Source of the DNA: Centroscyllium fabricii
Taxonomy: Eukaryota
Direction of reading: 5' to 3'
Length of the DNA: 64,000 nucleotides
Assembly (NCBI GenBank): GCA_051313645.2
Contig: JBNRSN020000006.1
Coordinates: 59,458,001 to 59,522,000, forward strand
Part shown: in pieces, positions 24,101-36,071 of the stretch
How positions within the stretch are numbered: position 1 is the first letter of the stretch
Layout of the letters: each line of letters starts with the position of its first letter
The notes under the pieces: generated by a model
The model's input: only the letters and a program-made list of their open reading frames with translations
The model's database searches: none
Told to the model about the DNA's origin: nothing
Translations under genes and position numbers: made by a program

Positions 24101-25994
24101 GACTGGGGAGCACAACTGCTTGAGTATGTACAATTTAAAATTACGGTACACGCAGCCCTTAACTGTGAGCGTGACAGAGCAGTAGCCGGTGACGTCCGCG
24201 GTGTGGGACTGTGAAGCAAGGGAGACTTGATAGCGCGTGGGCAGGATCTGCAGTCCGTAGCGCTGCGCTGTATCGGGGTGGATGAAGCTGTCTGTGCTTC
24301 CGGTGTCGAACAGGCAGTTAGTGGCATGGCCGTTAACTTTAATCCCCATCATGGAATTTGATAGGGTGTGCGGCCTAGCCTGATCGACTTTCAGGGTGGT
24401 TGAGGCCGAAGTGTGTGTGTGGGAGCCCTCCGTTGGCCGGGGCCGTGCACAAGATGGCGGCGCCTGTGGTTCGCACATGGCTGGCCGCTGAAGACAAGAT
24501 GGCGGCGCCGGGGGGTCGCACATGACCACCCGCTGAAGACAAAATGGTGGCGCCGGGGGGTTGCACGCGGCGGGTCGCTGTGGACGCGGTGGCGGTACCC
24601 GTGGTTCGCACGCAGTGAGCCGCGGTGGCTGGGTTGGCGCTGCCCGTGCTTCGCACGCAGCGAGCCGTGGTGGCTGGGTTGGCGGTGCCCGTGATTCGCA
24701 CGCAGCGGGCCGCGCTGGGCGGGATGCCGGCATTGGGGGGTCGCACATAGCCGGTCGTGGCTGAGTTTGGCGTGCCGTGGGCATCAGGGTGGGGGACGGG
24801 GGCGCTTGTACTCTACCCCCGGGCCGTCGCCGTATTGCACTGCAGCTGCAGCTTACCTGAGGCCAAGGGCCGGTGTTGGAGCTTTCGCAGGCCGCGCTGT
24901 TGTACCTGGAGCTGGACGCCAGGGCCGATTTGCAGGCCTTGGCGTAGTGTCCCTTTTTTGAGCACCTCTCGCAGGTCGCGGTCCTCGCGGGGCATTTCGC
25001 CCGTGGGTGTAGTCCCTGGCCGCAGAAGTAAACATCTCTTCCCCGCTGGCGTCTTCGCAGCTGCCGCTGCCGTTGTGGAGGTCTCGACCCGTTGTGGGGT
25101 TGCCCAGGAGTCGAAGGTAGCGTGTGGGTTTGGGCCGCCGTACGCCTGTAGCTTGCGGCGTGCGCCCTCCACGGCGTTGGAGACGGAGATCGCCTCGTCT
25201 AGAGTTAATGTGTCCTTTTCCAACAGCCGCTGGCAGGCCTCTGCGGACTTGAGTCCGGTTACATAGGCGTCCCGGACGAGGAGGTTTGCCTCCTCTTGTG
25301 CCGTCCGTGGTTGGCAGTCACAGGCCCGGACGAGAGCTTGGAGCGCCAGCAGGAACTGTTCATTAGACTCACTTGATAGTTGTGGTCTGGTCGCGAGCAC
25401 ATGTCTGGCGTAGACAGAGTGGACCGGGCGCTCGTAGCATTTCTTCAATTTCTCCATGGCGGCGGTGTACGTCGTAGCGTCGCGGATGTAGGAGAAAACC
25501 CGGCTGGAGATCCTAGACCGGAGAACATGCAGTTTGTTCGCATCAGTTGTAGCCTTGGCGGCGTCCATGTAGGCCTCGACGAGGCCGAACCAGTGTTCGA
25601 AGGTGTTGGCGGTGGCTGGGTCCTGTGGACTAATGTCCAGCTTCTCGGGTTTTACCGCGCCGCTCTCCATTTCAAAGTTCTAAGCTAATAAAATTGACGT
25701 ATCGTCAATAGTCTTAATAAAACTAAAGACGCGTAGTTACCTTAACTATAGGCTTTTATTAGCTTACAAAGGAGCTACGCTCCGATCGAACATCAGGTAC
25801 AGAATGAATGGGGGCAGGTCAGGCCCCACCTATAAAGCACTCACCTGAGGGGAGGAGTTAGAGGTGTGGCTGCCCTGACCCCGCGACAGTGTCGCAATAC
25901 AGAACAGTTGTATCATGCACCCGGCCGCTATACATACACTGTAATATTGGTAACAATATTAAGGTGGTAATAAGAGTATATAACGGTTACCACA
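21115..25994 (-). mobile_element. G4: Gypsy LTR retrotransposon (PBS-less lineage)
   Basis: LTRs at 21115-21407 and 25695-25994; TSD GGTAC; PPT at 21408-21421; gag-pol ORFs. Confidence 0.97.
21427..25670 (-). pseudogene. G4 gag-pol, frameshifted
   Basis: Gag 24813-25670; PR/RT 23219-24784 (CLFDTGS, FSTIDLKSAYHQ, PFGVTNG, YLDNVT); RH/IN 21427-23073. Confidence 0.95.
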
Positions 25995-26504
25995 GGTACT
26001 AAGCAACACTGGCCCGCCTTCACAGGATATAAATTGGGAGAGATAAAACATTTCTGAAATTTTCAGCATATCTGGCGCAAAACGCCATTTCATTAATAAA
26101 ATATTGGCAAATTCTGGTACACATCCAGTCCAATTAAAATTTTATGACACAGGTTATTTTGGGAAGACAAAAAGCCTAGATTGGCGCTGTTTAGACAAGA
26201 ATGGCTATCTGTAGGTTTCAAACAGACTCGAAAGGAAGTGTGTTCCACTGTTGGGTCGTTAGCATTGCTTCAGGTGCAGATTTAGACAGGTCCAGAGAGC
26301 TCACCGGGAGCAGAAAATTGCATGTCTGTGAAATTTAAAGAGTAGGGCACAATTAAAGGAGAGAGTCAGAATAGGGGGGCAAAAATTCTGAAAAAGTTCA
26401 GAAGGCCTTTCCATATATTTACAGCTTGTGCTGGGGGCAAGGGACTAAGATTCAAAAAGGGCATTAAATGCAACACTCAGGCACTGGAGAAACCACTAAA
26501 TGTG

Positions 26505-26745
26505 TCAGCCGTGGCTCTGAGTCAGAAGATTTGGGGTTTAAGTCCCACTCCAGAGACTTGAGCAAAAAAATCTCGGCTGACAGTCCAGTGCAGCACTGAG
26601 GGAGTGCTGTACTGTCGGAGGTGCCGTCTTTCAGATGAGATGTTAAACCAAGGCCCCATCTGCCCTCTCAGGTAAAAGGTCCTATGGCACTATTTTGAAG
26701 AAGAGTAGGGGAGTTATTCCCATTGTCTTTATCCCTCAATCAACA
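26505..26745 (+). mobile_element. DeuSINE-type SINE (5' part)
   Basis: tRNA-like head (gggtttaagtcccactccagagacttgagc) and Deu core (gtcggaggtgccgtctttcagatgag). Confidence 0.8.
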
Positions 26746-26749
26746 TCTA

Positions 26750-26885
26750 GACACAAAAGGCATCAAGGGGTATGGGGAGAGAGCGGGAATATGGTATTGA
26801 GATAGAGGATCAGCCATGATCATATTAAATGGTGGAGCAGGCTCGAATGGCCTACTCCTGCTCCTATTTTTCTATGTTCTATATT
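26750..26885 (+). mobile_element. CR1 3' tail fragment
   Basis: atcaaggggtatggggagagagcggg...ggcctactcctgctcctattttctatgttcta. Confidence 0.85.
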
Positions 26886-26904
26886 TCTAAGAAATGCCAG
26901 ACAG

Positions 26905-27245
26905 AAATGAATGGAAAAGAAACCCAAGATACAAGCACAAGTCTTCAGGCAAGTGATCCACCCCCTCGTTTGGTGGCTGTTGATGTAGAGGTGGTACTGC
27001 AGGAGGTGGTTGCGCAGAAGATGGTCCTTTATGTCACTGTGTGGCATCATCACCATAAGTCAGCGTTGTAGCAAGCCTGGAAGGAGGCACAGTCAAGGTT
27101 CAAGCCATTGCTCACCGTTACTGTCACTGGCTGTACCAGTCCTATGCAGCATGGTAGCTGTTTGCAGCGGGTGGCACAGCTCTGCATCTGGCTTTCTACT
27201 AACATGGACCCTGTAAAGTCAGTACCCCGTGGTCAGTTCCAGGTA
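26905..27245 (+). pseudogene. Degraded Harbinger Myb/SANT-like ORF
   Basis: PPRLVAVDVEVVLQEVVAQKMVLY...AL*QAWKEA resembles the Myb/SANT (NAIF1-like) motif of the copies at 44-45 kb and 60 kb. Confidence 0.5.
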
Positions 27246-27744
27246 AGTGTTTCAGGTGTGGCAGATGTGACCAATCAGAATAACCTGGCATGCCTTCATT
27301 CATGCAGGGCTTCTGAAAGCTCGACATGCTGTGATTGCAATGCTTCCCAAGATGTACCAAGATTATAGTTAGTCAGGTGTTCACATATCTTAGTGGTGCC
27401 CATCACGGTTTTGGTTCTTTTACATTTTTTATCCTAGATATTGTTGACTTCCATCTTTCAAATACTCGATTAGGTGAGCATTATTCTCTACCCCATGGAA
27501 GCTACACTGTGGCACAGAGAAAGTGAAGTTCCAGAGGGACTGAGCATCTGCCTATTTTCCGCGACAGCTGCCCAATTCACAATGCTACAGTGGGTGTCCG
27601 GCAGTGGAAAATCCAGGCTAAATGCTTTTACTTATTCTGCACTCTCAGTTACTAAGATGTATCTCACTTATAGTGCATTGTGGGAAGACAGGACCCAAAA
27701 AGGGCATTAAATGCAACACTCAGGCACTGGAGAAACCACTAAAT

Positions 27745-28155
27745 GTGTCAGCCGTGGCTCTGAGTCAGAGTCAGGTTGTGGGTTCAAGTCCCACTCCAGA
27801 GACTTGAGCACAAAAATCTAGGCTGACACTCCAGTGCAGTGTTGAGGGAGCGCTGCACTGCCGGAGGTGCTGGCTTTCAGATGAGATGTTAAACCAAGGC
27901 CCTGTCTGCCCTCTCAGGTAAAAGGTCCTATGGAACTATTTGGAATAAGAGCAGGGAAGTTACCCCTGGTGTCCTAGCCCATATTTATCACTAAAAAACA
28001 GATTATCTGGTCATTATCACATTGCTGTTTGTGGGAGCTTGCTGTGTGCAAATTGGCTGCCGCGTTTTCTACATTACAACAGTGACCACACTTCAAAAAC
28101 TACTTCATTGGCTGGTCGTGAAAGGTGCTATAGAAATGCTAGTCTTTCTTTCTTT
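27745..28155 (+). mobile_element. DeuSINE-type SINE (SacSINE1-like), near full length
   Basis: tRNA-derived head with B-box ggttcaagtcc, Deu core, L2-like tail ending ctttctttcttt. Confidence 0.85.
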
Positions 28156-28380
28156 AAATTTCAGATAAGGTACTCAGAGTTAGGGTTTTGAAAATAGAAA
28201 GTAATTTTTATTAGAGCAACTTTCATTTTTTTTTGCACAATGAAGGAATTAGAAAGATGCTTAAACTGTGTCAAGCAGGCCATTTCATCAGCGTACCCTT
28301 TTTAAAATTCAGCGTGCCAGGAAACCAGGGCACATTGTCTTCTGACTTTGCGCTTCCGGCTGGGAGACTTGCCTACCAGG

Positions 28381-28634
28381 TGTGAAGCCTCATATCAAAA
28401 TCGACAGCTTGTTCTTAACAAGTGGCTTTTATTCACAAGAAACAGAACCGTGTCCCCGATGAGCCTGCCCGTAATGAGAGATAAGTGGGCGGAGCATTCT
28501 CCTTTATACTAGTACCCAGAGGCGGGGTCAGCAGGTACAGGTCCTTACAGAAATGTACAGATATTAACAGATATATTAACCCAAACTATATCCAATAATC
28601 GTACAGTGTGAACCACACTAAAAGGTTCATCACA
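28381..28634 (-). mobile_element. Solo LTR (G5-related family)
   Basis: TG...CA ends; TSD CCAGG; TATA and AATAAA on the minus strand; homologous to 30189-30465 and the G5 LTR. Confidence 0.9.
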
Positions 28635-29335
28635 CCAGGTAGGCATTTTGGAAATTTGGGCTCGCTCTGAGCAAAATTTTCCAACCATTTAAATTAATGG
28701 TACATATTCCATATGCACTGTTGGCAGACAAAGCTCCCCACCAGAAATGCAAAGTTAGAAAAGTATCCCTTCCGTTCTTTAAGATCATAGAATCATAGAA
28801 TAGTTACAGCACGGAAGAAGGCCATTCGGTCCATTGAGCCTGTGACGGCTCTCTGCAAGAGCACTTCAGCTACTCCCACTACCCTGCCCTTTCCCTGTAG
28901 CCCAGCAAATTTCTTTCCTTCAGATACTTGTCTAACTCACTTTCGAAAGCCATGGTTGACTCTGCCTCCACCACCCTTTCAGGCAGTGCATTCCAGATCT
29001 TAACCACGCGCTGCGTAAAAAAGTTTTTTCTTGTGTCGCCTTTGGTTCTTTTGCCACAAATCACCTTAAATGTGTGTCCTCTGGTTCTCGACCCTTCTGC
29101 CAATGGGAACAGTTTCTCTATATCTACTCTGTCTGGACCCCTCATGATTTTGAACACCTCTATCAAATCTCCTCTCAATCTTCTCTGCTCCAAGGAGAAC
29201 AACCCCAGCTTCTCCAGTCTATCCATGTAACTGAAGCCCCTCATCACTGGAATCATTCTCATAAATCTTTTCTGTACCCTCTTTAAGGCCTTCACGTCCT
29301 TCCTAAAATGTGGTGCCCAGAATTGGACACAGTAC

Positions 29336-29559
29336 TGTGTTGTATTATAGTTCACTGCATGTAACCTGTCTGGACATGCCCCTGCTGGCCCCACCTGTGG
29401 CTCCTCCCCCGGACCCAGGTATAAAGGTGACTGTTCCCCAACCCCCCTTCAATCTTGGACCAGTCACTCAGCAGAAAGGTATGCTCCTTCTTTAGCGAAT
29501 AAAAGCCTATCTGTTCTTCGCATAACTTCTAGTCTTTTGGAGTTATTGATAGCGCATCA
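29336..29559 (+). mobile_element. Solo LTR with G5-like R/U5
   Basis: TG start, TATAAA at about 29420, ttagcgaataaaagcc, ends gatagcgcatca like G5; inserted in CR1; no clean TSD. Confidence 0.8.
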
Positions 29560-30188
29560 CTCCAGTTGGGGCCAAAGCAGGGTTTTATACAGGTTCATCA
29601 TAATTTCCACATTTTTGTATCCTATACCTCAATTTATGAAGCCCAGGATCCCGTAAGCCTTTTTAACTGCTTTTTCAACCTGCCCTGCCACCTTCAACGA
29701 TTTGTACACACATATCCCCAGGTCTCTCTGTTCGTGCATCCCCTTCAGGATTGTACCATTTAGTTTATATGTCCTCTCCTCATTCTTTCTACCAAAATTT
29801 ATCACGTCACACTTTTCTGCGTTATATTTCATCTGCCACATGTCTGCCCATTTCGCCAGCCTGTCTATGTCATCCTGAAGTCTATCACTATCCTCCTCAC
29901 TGTTCACTATACTTCCAAGTTTTGTGTCATTAATATATATCAAGAAAAGCAGTGGTCCTAGAACCGACCCCTAGGGAACACATTCCTCCAGCCTGAAAAA
30001 CAACCATTCACCACTACACTCTGTTTCCTGTCACTTAGCTAATTCCGTATCCATGCTGCCACTGTTCCTTTTATTCCATGTGCTTTAACTTTGCTGGCAA
30101 GCCAATTATGTGGCAATTTGTCGAATGCCTTTTGGAAATCCATGTACACTACGTGAACTGCATTACCCTCATCAACCCTTTCTGTTAC

Positions 30189-30465
30189 TGTAATGAACCT
30201 TTTGGTGTGGTTCACACTGTACGGTTATTGTATATAGTTCTGTTTAATGTGTTTGTATATATCTTGTTATATATCTGTTAATATCTTTACCTTTCTGTAA
30301 GGACCTGTACCGGCTGACCCCGCCTCTGGGTACTAGTATAAAGGAGAATGCTCTGCCCACTTATCTCTCATTCCAGGCAAGCTCATCGGGGACACGGTTC
30401 AGTTCCTTGTTAATAAAAGCCACTTATTTAAGAAACTCGCTGCCGTCTTGATTTGAGGCATCTCA
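30189..30465 (+). mobile_element. Solo LTR (same family as 28381-28634)
   Basis: TG...CA ends; TSD GTTAC. Confidence 0.9.
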
Positions 30466-30655
30466 GTTACCTCATCAAAGAACTCAATCAAGTTAGTTAA
30501 ACACAATTTGCCTTTAACAAATCCCATACTGGCTTTCCTTAATTAATCCACACTTATCCAAGTGACTGTTAATTTTGTCACTGATTACTGTTTCTAAAAG
30601 CTTCACCACTACCAAGGACAAACTGACTGGCCTGCAGATGCTGGGTTTATCCTTA

Positions 30656-31150
30656 CTTTCACTTTCAAATAGCTTTATTGGCATGAATGGTATCAACCGT
30701 TGTTGCCAAAGCATTACAAAAATGGTACATCAATAACAATACAAACAAAATAAGTATAACATTTAACTGGACTTAGGTTAACATACATAAGAATAATACA
30801 TTCGTAGACGTACTACATAGAATAATACATTAGTAGAATTATTGACACCCGTACATTAGTTACGTTTATACCCGCATATAGAGCTTGTATGCTCATCCTA
30901 GCTTCAATGTCAATGTTCACTGGTTGTCCCTCTGCTTATGGCAAGCTGTGACGTAGTTTGCCGCAAGTTTTATACATTCCTTCTGTTCCCCTAGTAGGTA
31001 TGGGAGTTTCTGGTGGTCGGTCAAATTTTTGAATTCAGGGCATGCTGTTGCGAATTTTGGGAAGAAATTTCCCCTTATTCCCTGATAGTTTTCGCAGGTT
31101 GTGAGGAAGTGCAGCTCTGTCTCCACCACTCCCTGACTGCAGTGGGAGCA
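30656..31150 (-). mobile_element. 5'-truncated LINE with C-terminal zinc finger (Daphne/Crack-like)
   Basis: CSHCSQGVVETELHFLTTCENYQGIR motif; AATAAA plus (TGAAAG) tail at the 3' end. Confidence 0.7.
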
Positions 31151-31396
31151 CACCCTTTTTTGAACAATGGTTTAACATTTGCAATTCTCCAGTCCTCTAG
31201 CACCACTCCCGTATCTTAGGCGGATTGGAATATTATGGCCAGGACCTCCGCGATTCCCTCCCTCAATTCCCTCAGCATCCTAGGAAGTATCCCATCTGCT
31301 CCTGGTGATTTATCTACTTTAAGTACAGCCAGCATTTCTAATACCTCCTCTTTATCAATTTTTATCCTATCAAGTATCTCCACTACCTCCTCCTTT

Positions 31397-31702
31397 AAAC
31401 ATAGAAACATAGAAGATAGGTGCAGGAGTAGGTCATTCAGCCCCTTGAGCCTGCTCCGCCATTCAATGAAATCATGGCTGATCATCCAAATTCAGTACCC
31501 TATTCCTGCCTTCTTTCCATATCCTTTGATCCCTTTAGCCTTAAGAACTATATCTAACTCCTTCTTGAATATATTTAATGAATTGGCCTCAACTACCTTC
31601 TGTGGCAGAGAATTCCACAGGTTCAACACTCTCTGGGTGAAGAAATTCCTCCTCATCTCTGTCCTAAATGGCTTACCCCTTATCCTTAGACTGTAACCTC
31701 TG
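31397..31702 (-). mobile_element. CR1 3' end (young, 5'-truncated)
   Basis: catagaaacatagaagatagg tail; RGYSLRIRGKPFRTEMRRNFFTQRV. Confidence 0.9.
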
Positions 31703-31779
31703 GTTATTATGTCTATGGCAGCATTCTCTTCCTTGGTGAAGACAGATGCAAAGTCCTCGTTTAGTACGACGACAGTAGA

Positions 31780-32155
31780 AGGCCGACACGGTGGCGCAGT
31801 GGTTAGCACTGCTGCCTCGCAATAAGGAGCTCCTGGGTTCGAATCCTGCTTGGCCCGGGACCTCTCTGCATGGAGTTTGCATGTTCTCCCCATGTTCATG
31901 TGGGTTTTCTCCGGGTACTCCGGTTTCCTCCCACCACCCAAAGACATGCAGGTTAGGTGAATTGGAGATACTAAAAATTGACCATGAGTATGTGTGTGAG
32001 ATGTAGTTCTTGGAGATGGGGGTGTCGGGGGATATGGGGAAAGGGTAGGAGGGGGGTGCTGGGTTTGGATGATCAGCCATGATCTCATCAAAATGGCAGA
32101 GCAGGCTCGAAGGGCCGAATGGCCTACTCCTGTTCCTATCTTCTGTGTTTCTGTG
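31780..32155 (+). mobile_element. tRNA-derived V-SINE (HE1-like) with CR1 tail
   Basis: A-box tggcgcagtgg, B-box ggttcgaatcc, V-core gagtttgcatgttctcccc...tccggtttcctcccac, CR1-like 3' end. Confidence 0.9.
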
Positions 32156-32437
32156 TACCTCAGCCATACCCTCTGCCTCCATGCATATGTCTCCTTTTTG
32201 GTCCTGAATCAGCTCCACCCCTGCTCTTACTACCCTTTTACCATTTATATGCCTATAGAAGACTTTTGGATTACCTTTCATGTTGGCTGCCATTCTATTC
32301 TCATACCCTCTCTTTGCCCCTCTTATTTTCTTTTTCACTTCTCATCTGACCTTTCTATATATAGCCTGATGCTCAGGTGTATTTGCAACCTAACATCTGT
32401 CATAAGCACTCTTTTTCTGCTTCATCATATTCTCTAT

Positions 32438-33733
32438 TGGTTGAGAATTGGTTGGCAGACAGAAAGCAGAGAGTGGGAGTAAATGGGTCTTTTTCTGTGT
32501 GGCGGGCAGTGACTAGTGGGGTACCACAGGGGTCAGTCCTGGGACCCCAGCTATTCACAATATACATTAATGATTTAGAAAAGGGAACTAAATGTAATGT
32601 CTCCAAGTTTGCAGATGACACAAAGCTGGGAGGGCGTGTGTGCTGCGAGAAGGATAGCAGGATGCTCCAGGATGATTTGGACAGGTTGGGCGAGTGGGCC
32701 GAGACATGGCAGATGCAGTATAATGTGGATAAATGCGAGGTTATCCACTTTGGGGGAAAAAATAGAAATGCCGACTATTATCTGAATGGCAATAGATTGG
32801 GAGAAAGGGAAGTACAACGAGACCTGGGTGTCCTGGTGTACCGGTCGCTAAGGGTGAGCATGCAGGTGCAGCAGGCGGTTAAGAAGGCAAATGGTATGTT
32901 GGCCTTCATAGCGAGAGGTTTTGAGTACAGGAATAGGGAGGTCTTGCTGCAGTTGTACAGGGCCTTGGTGAGACCAAGCCTTGAGTACTGTGTGCAGTTT
33001 TGGTCTCCTTATCTAAGGAAGGACGTTCTTGCCATGGAGGGAGTGCAGAGGAGATTCATCAGGCTGATACCTGGGATGGCAGGATTGATGTATGGGGAGA
33101 GACTGGGTAGACTGGGTTTGTACTCTCTGGAGTTTAGAAGATTGAGAGGGGATCTCATCGAAACGTATAAAATTCTAACTGGTCTGGACAGACTTGATGC
33201 AGGAAGAATGTTCCCGATGGTAGGAGAGTCCAGAACCAGGGGCCATAGTCTAAGGATAAGGGGTGACTCATTTAGGACAGAGATGAGGAGGAATTTCTTC
33301 ACCCAGAGGGTGGTGGGGCTGTGGAATTTGCTGCCCCAGAGAGCTGTGGAAGCTACTACTTTGAATAATTTTAAAACAGAGATAGACAGTTTCCTGGAAG
33401 TAAAGGGAATTAGGGGTTATGGTGAGCGGGCAGGTAAGTGGACGTGAGGATAAGTTCAGATCGGCCATGTGATCTCCTGGACCAGTTTTCGATCGCCTAG
33501 ATGGGTCGGAGAGGAATTTTCCAGATTTTTTCTCCCAAACTGGCTACTGGGTTTTTTATCTGTTTTTTCGCCTCTCCCAGGTGATCACATGGGTTTGGGT
33601 GGGGTGGAGAGTTAAAATAAAATTGAGGTTAGGATCAGATCGGCCATGATCTTGCTGAGTGGCGGAGCAGGCTCGAGGGGCCGATTGGCCTACTCCTGCT
33701 CCTATTTCTTATGTTCTTATGTTCTTATGTTCT
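32438..33733 (+). mobile_element. CR1 LINE 3' portion with intact RT C-terminal ORF and extended 3' UTR
   Basis: [17 protein letters not shown], open to stop at 33447; tail (ttatgttc)n. Confidence 0.95.
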
Positions 33734-34024
33734 AGCTCTTTTGTCAAACAGGGAGCCCTAACTTTAGTTTCCCTGTCTTTCCCCCTAGTGGGAATGTACC
33801 TCAACTGTACCTGAACTATTTCCTCTTTAAAGGCAGCCCATTGTTCCATTTCAGTTTTGCCTTCCAAATTTTGATTCCAGTTTACCTGGGTCAGATCTGT
33901 TCTCATCCCACTGAAATTTTGCCTTATCCCAGTTAAACATTTTTACTCCAGATTGTTCCCTGTCCTTTTCCATAGCTAAACTAAACCTTATGATACTATG
34001 ATCACTGTTCCCTTAATGTTCAAA

Positions 34025-34773
34025 GACGCCGCGAGTAACTGAAACGATGGCCCCGTTATTTCCGGGGAGGCCTGGAGGGAGTGGGGTGCATGTTTGTGAC
34101 CAGGAAACCCGGAAATGGCAGGAAGGCTCAGGTCTTGCTGAATTTTGCGGCAGGACCTTATTAGAATTGTTTACATCTCGTTTCTCAGCCGACTGCCGGG
34201 CAAGAAAGCTTGCAATAGAAGGACACATCTGGGGACCGCTGGCGACGGCCCCAGGCAATCTGAGAAGATTGGATGTTGGTGGGGGTTGCTCGGAGGGAGG
34301 GACAGATCATGGAGCAGAAATTGCGGCGAGGAGAGATTTCGGGGGATTGGACGATCATGGAGCGGGAAAGATCGCGACAGAAGCTTTGCTTGAGGGGGCG
34401 GGGTGCTGGTGGGGAAGCACTTCTAATCCTCCTGGCCCAAAAGCAGTGCTGGAAAAGCACTTGCCTTCTGGATCTGGCAGCTCCTGCCCCCCTTTAGCTG
34501 CCGAGTTTCTTGAGCCCTGGGGAACAGGCCTGCAGTTGTTAAATTTAACTGGCTTCCAAAATCTGAGGAACGCAGCTTCATTTAAACATTATAATCACTG
34601 CCCCGCCTCTCCAGAGCGGGTTACTGAGACACCCACCAAACCAGCCACAGCTAAACCAGAAGCAGGCACATTCATGGGTGGATTGGGGGGTCAGATTTCA
34701 CATTTTTACCAAGTCATCCCCTGTGGCCCGTTGAGCGGGGGGGGGGGGGGGAGGGGGGGTTAAAATGCCCCCC
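34025..34773. mobile_element. Harbinger-type MITE remnant
   Basis: Ends TAAAATGCCCCCC; internal motifs shared with 45283-46202; the other end is missing. Confidence 0.45.
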
Positions 34774-34971
34774 GATGCCTCAAGCCATCGCATTGTCTGG
34801 TGCAAGATCACCCCCAACAATACACCCTTCGAGAATACAATTGATCCCTCAGTGTAAGAATGCCAGCGACTAAGGAATAGTGTCCCCTTATCAAAGACTC
34901 TCTTCTGTCAGTTTTACAAAAAATATGTATTTTAAACAACTGAGCACTACGTTTTATTTCTTCTCCTGACA

Positions 34972-35995
34972 GACCTCCAACATGAATGTTCAAGACGAGA
35001 GTTGTCTGGTTAGCTAAGTAGAAATTTATGAAGCTGACAGGAATTATGCTTTGAAATAGGGGAAACTGCAGTTTTTAATAATGCATGAGAGGCAAGTCTG
35101 AACTAACTCAAAGCTCATAAAGCTGTAAGCTTTATTGAAACCTAGAGATGCTATTTATGCATATAAAAGGCTTGTGTGCACTTAAAGTGGTAAATAACAT
35201 GGAGTAATATATGGTTTGAAAGGTCAAAGAATATGGAATTAACTAAACATTTGGAAAAGTATATGACCATTGCTACAGATGATTATCTGTTGAATTTTAA
35301 TTCCATGTAGGCAGAATAAAGGCCATTTAATGATGTATTTTGTTTGGGTAGTTCATTTATACTTAATGAGGGTGTCAGTGACCGTATATCCTGTTTCAAA
35401 ATCAAACGTCATTTTGGAATCCACTAACAAAATCTCAGGATTCTATAGAAATGCAAAGTATGGCAGAAAGATAAGAAATAATCTCAAATGTGTGACACGA
35501 TGTGTGATAAGATGTAAATCAGCGCACTAGGAACTGTTCTACAGGTGACAAAGTGAGCTTTGGTGCCCTGCAGAAAATTCATTTCAAAGCCAGAAAAAAT
35601 GACAGACTTTTCAATCTCCTGGGAGAAAAATACATCATCTCATCCTTTGAAACTACTGCTGATTCTGGTAAGCTATATACTTTCTTTTTAAGTTACTTAT
35701 AGCAATATTGTTCAATAATAAATTTGGTAATGATATTCAGTGAAGTCTTGCAAAGCACCGTGCTAATATATTGTGTTCCTGTGTTCGTAATTAGTTACTA
35801 TGCTAAAGCAAATCATTTGATGATTGGTTCATTTTTGTCTAGAATGGCCTTATTGTTAAATCCTTGATAAGTTTTAATATTGAAGCATATCTAGCTCAGA
35901 ACCTGGTAATGCAAAGATCCTTTCATATCTCCACAGATAATTCTTTCACATGGTCTTTGTTTGGAGTCACTCCAAGACTCCAGCAGGCTATCAGA
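34972..35995 (+). other. Candidate cluster of three frame-compatible host exons (34972-35007, 35545-35667, about 35927-35985 or longer), product unknown
   Basis: AG/GT boundaries, phase-1 joins, open reading DLQHECSRRELSGDKVSFGALQKIHFKARKNDRLFNLLGEKYIISSFETTADS..DNSFTWSLFGVTPRLQQAIR; no recognised homology. Confidence 0.25.
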
Positions 35996-36071
35996 GTAGG
36001 AGGCCGATGAAGATGAATATGTCCGAAAGCACATACCACGTTCTCAGAAGATGGACGCAGAATGCAGGGTG

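Larger units (their letters stand above)
28785..34020 (-). mobile_element. Fragmented CR1 LINE (ORF2) hosting at least 6 nested insertions
   Basis: Tail at 28785; ORF2 pieces (YCVQFWAPHFRKD, INDTKLG, RPVSL..VVVKLLE, KSPGADGI) are collinear across the insertions up to about 34020. Confidence 0.88.

Noticed and set aside
31780-31860. tRNA gene
   Set aside because: tRNA-derived SINE head with A/B boxes, continuing into the V-core and CR1 tail.
32377-33447. 356-aa host gene
   Set aside because: It is the C-terminal half of CR1 ORF2 in a 5'-truncated copy.
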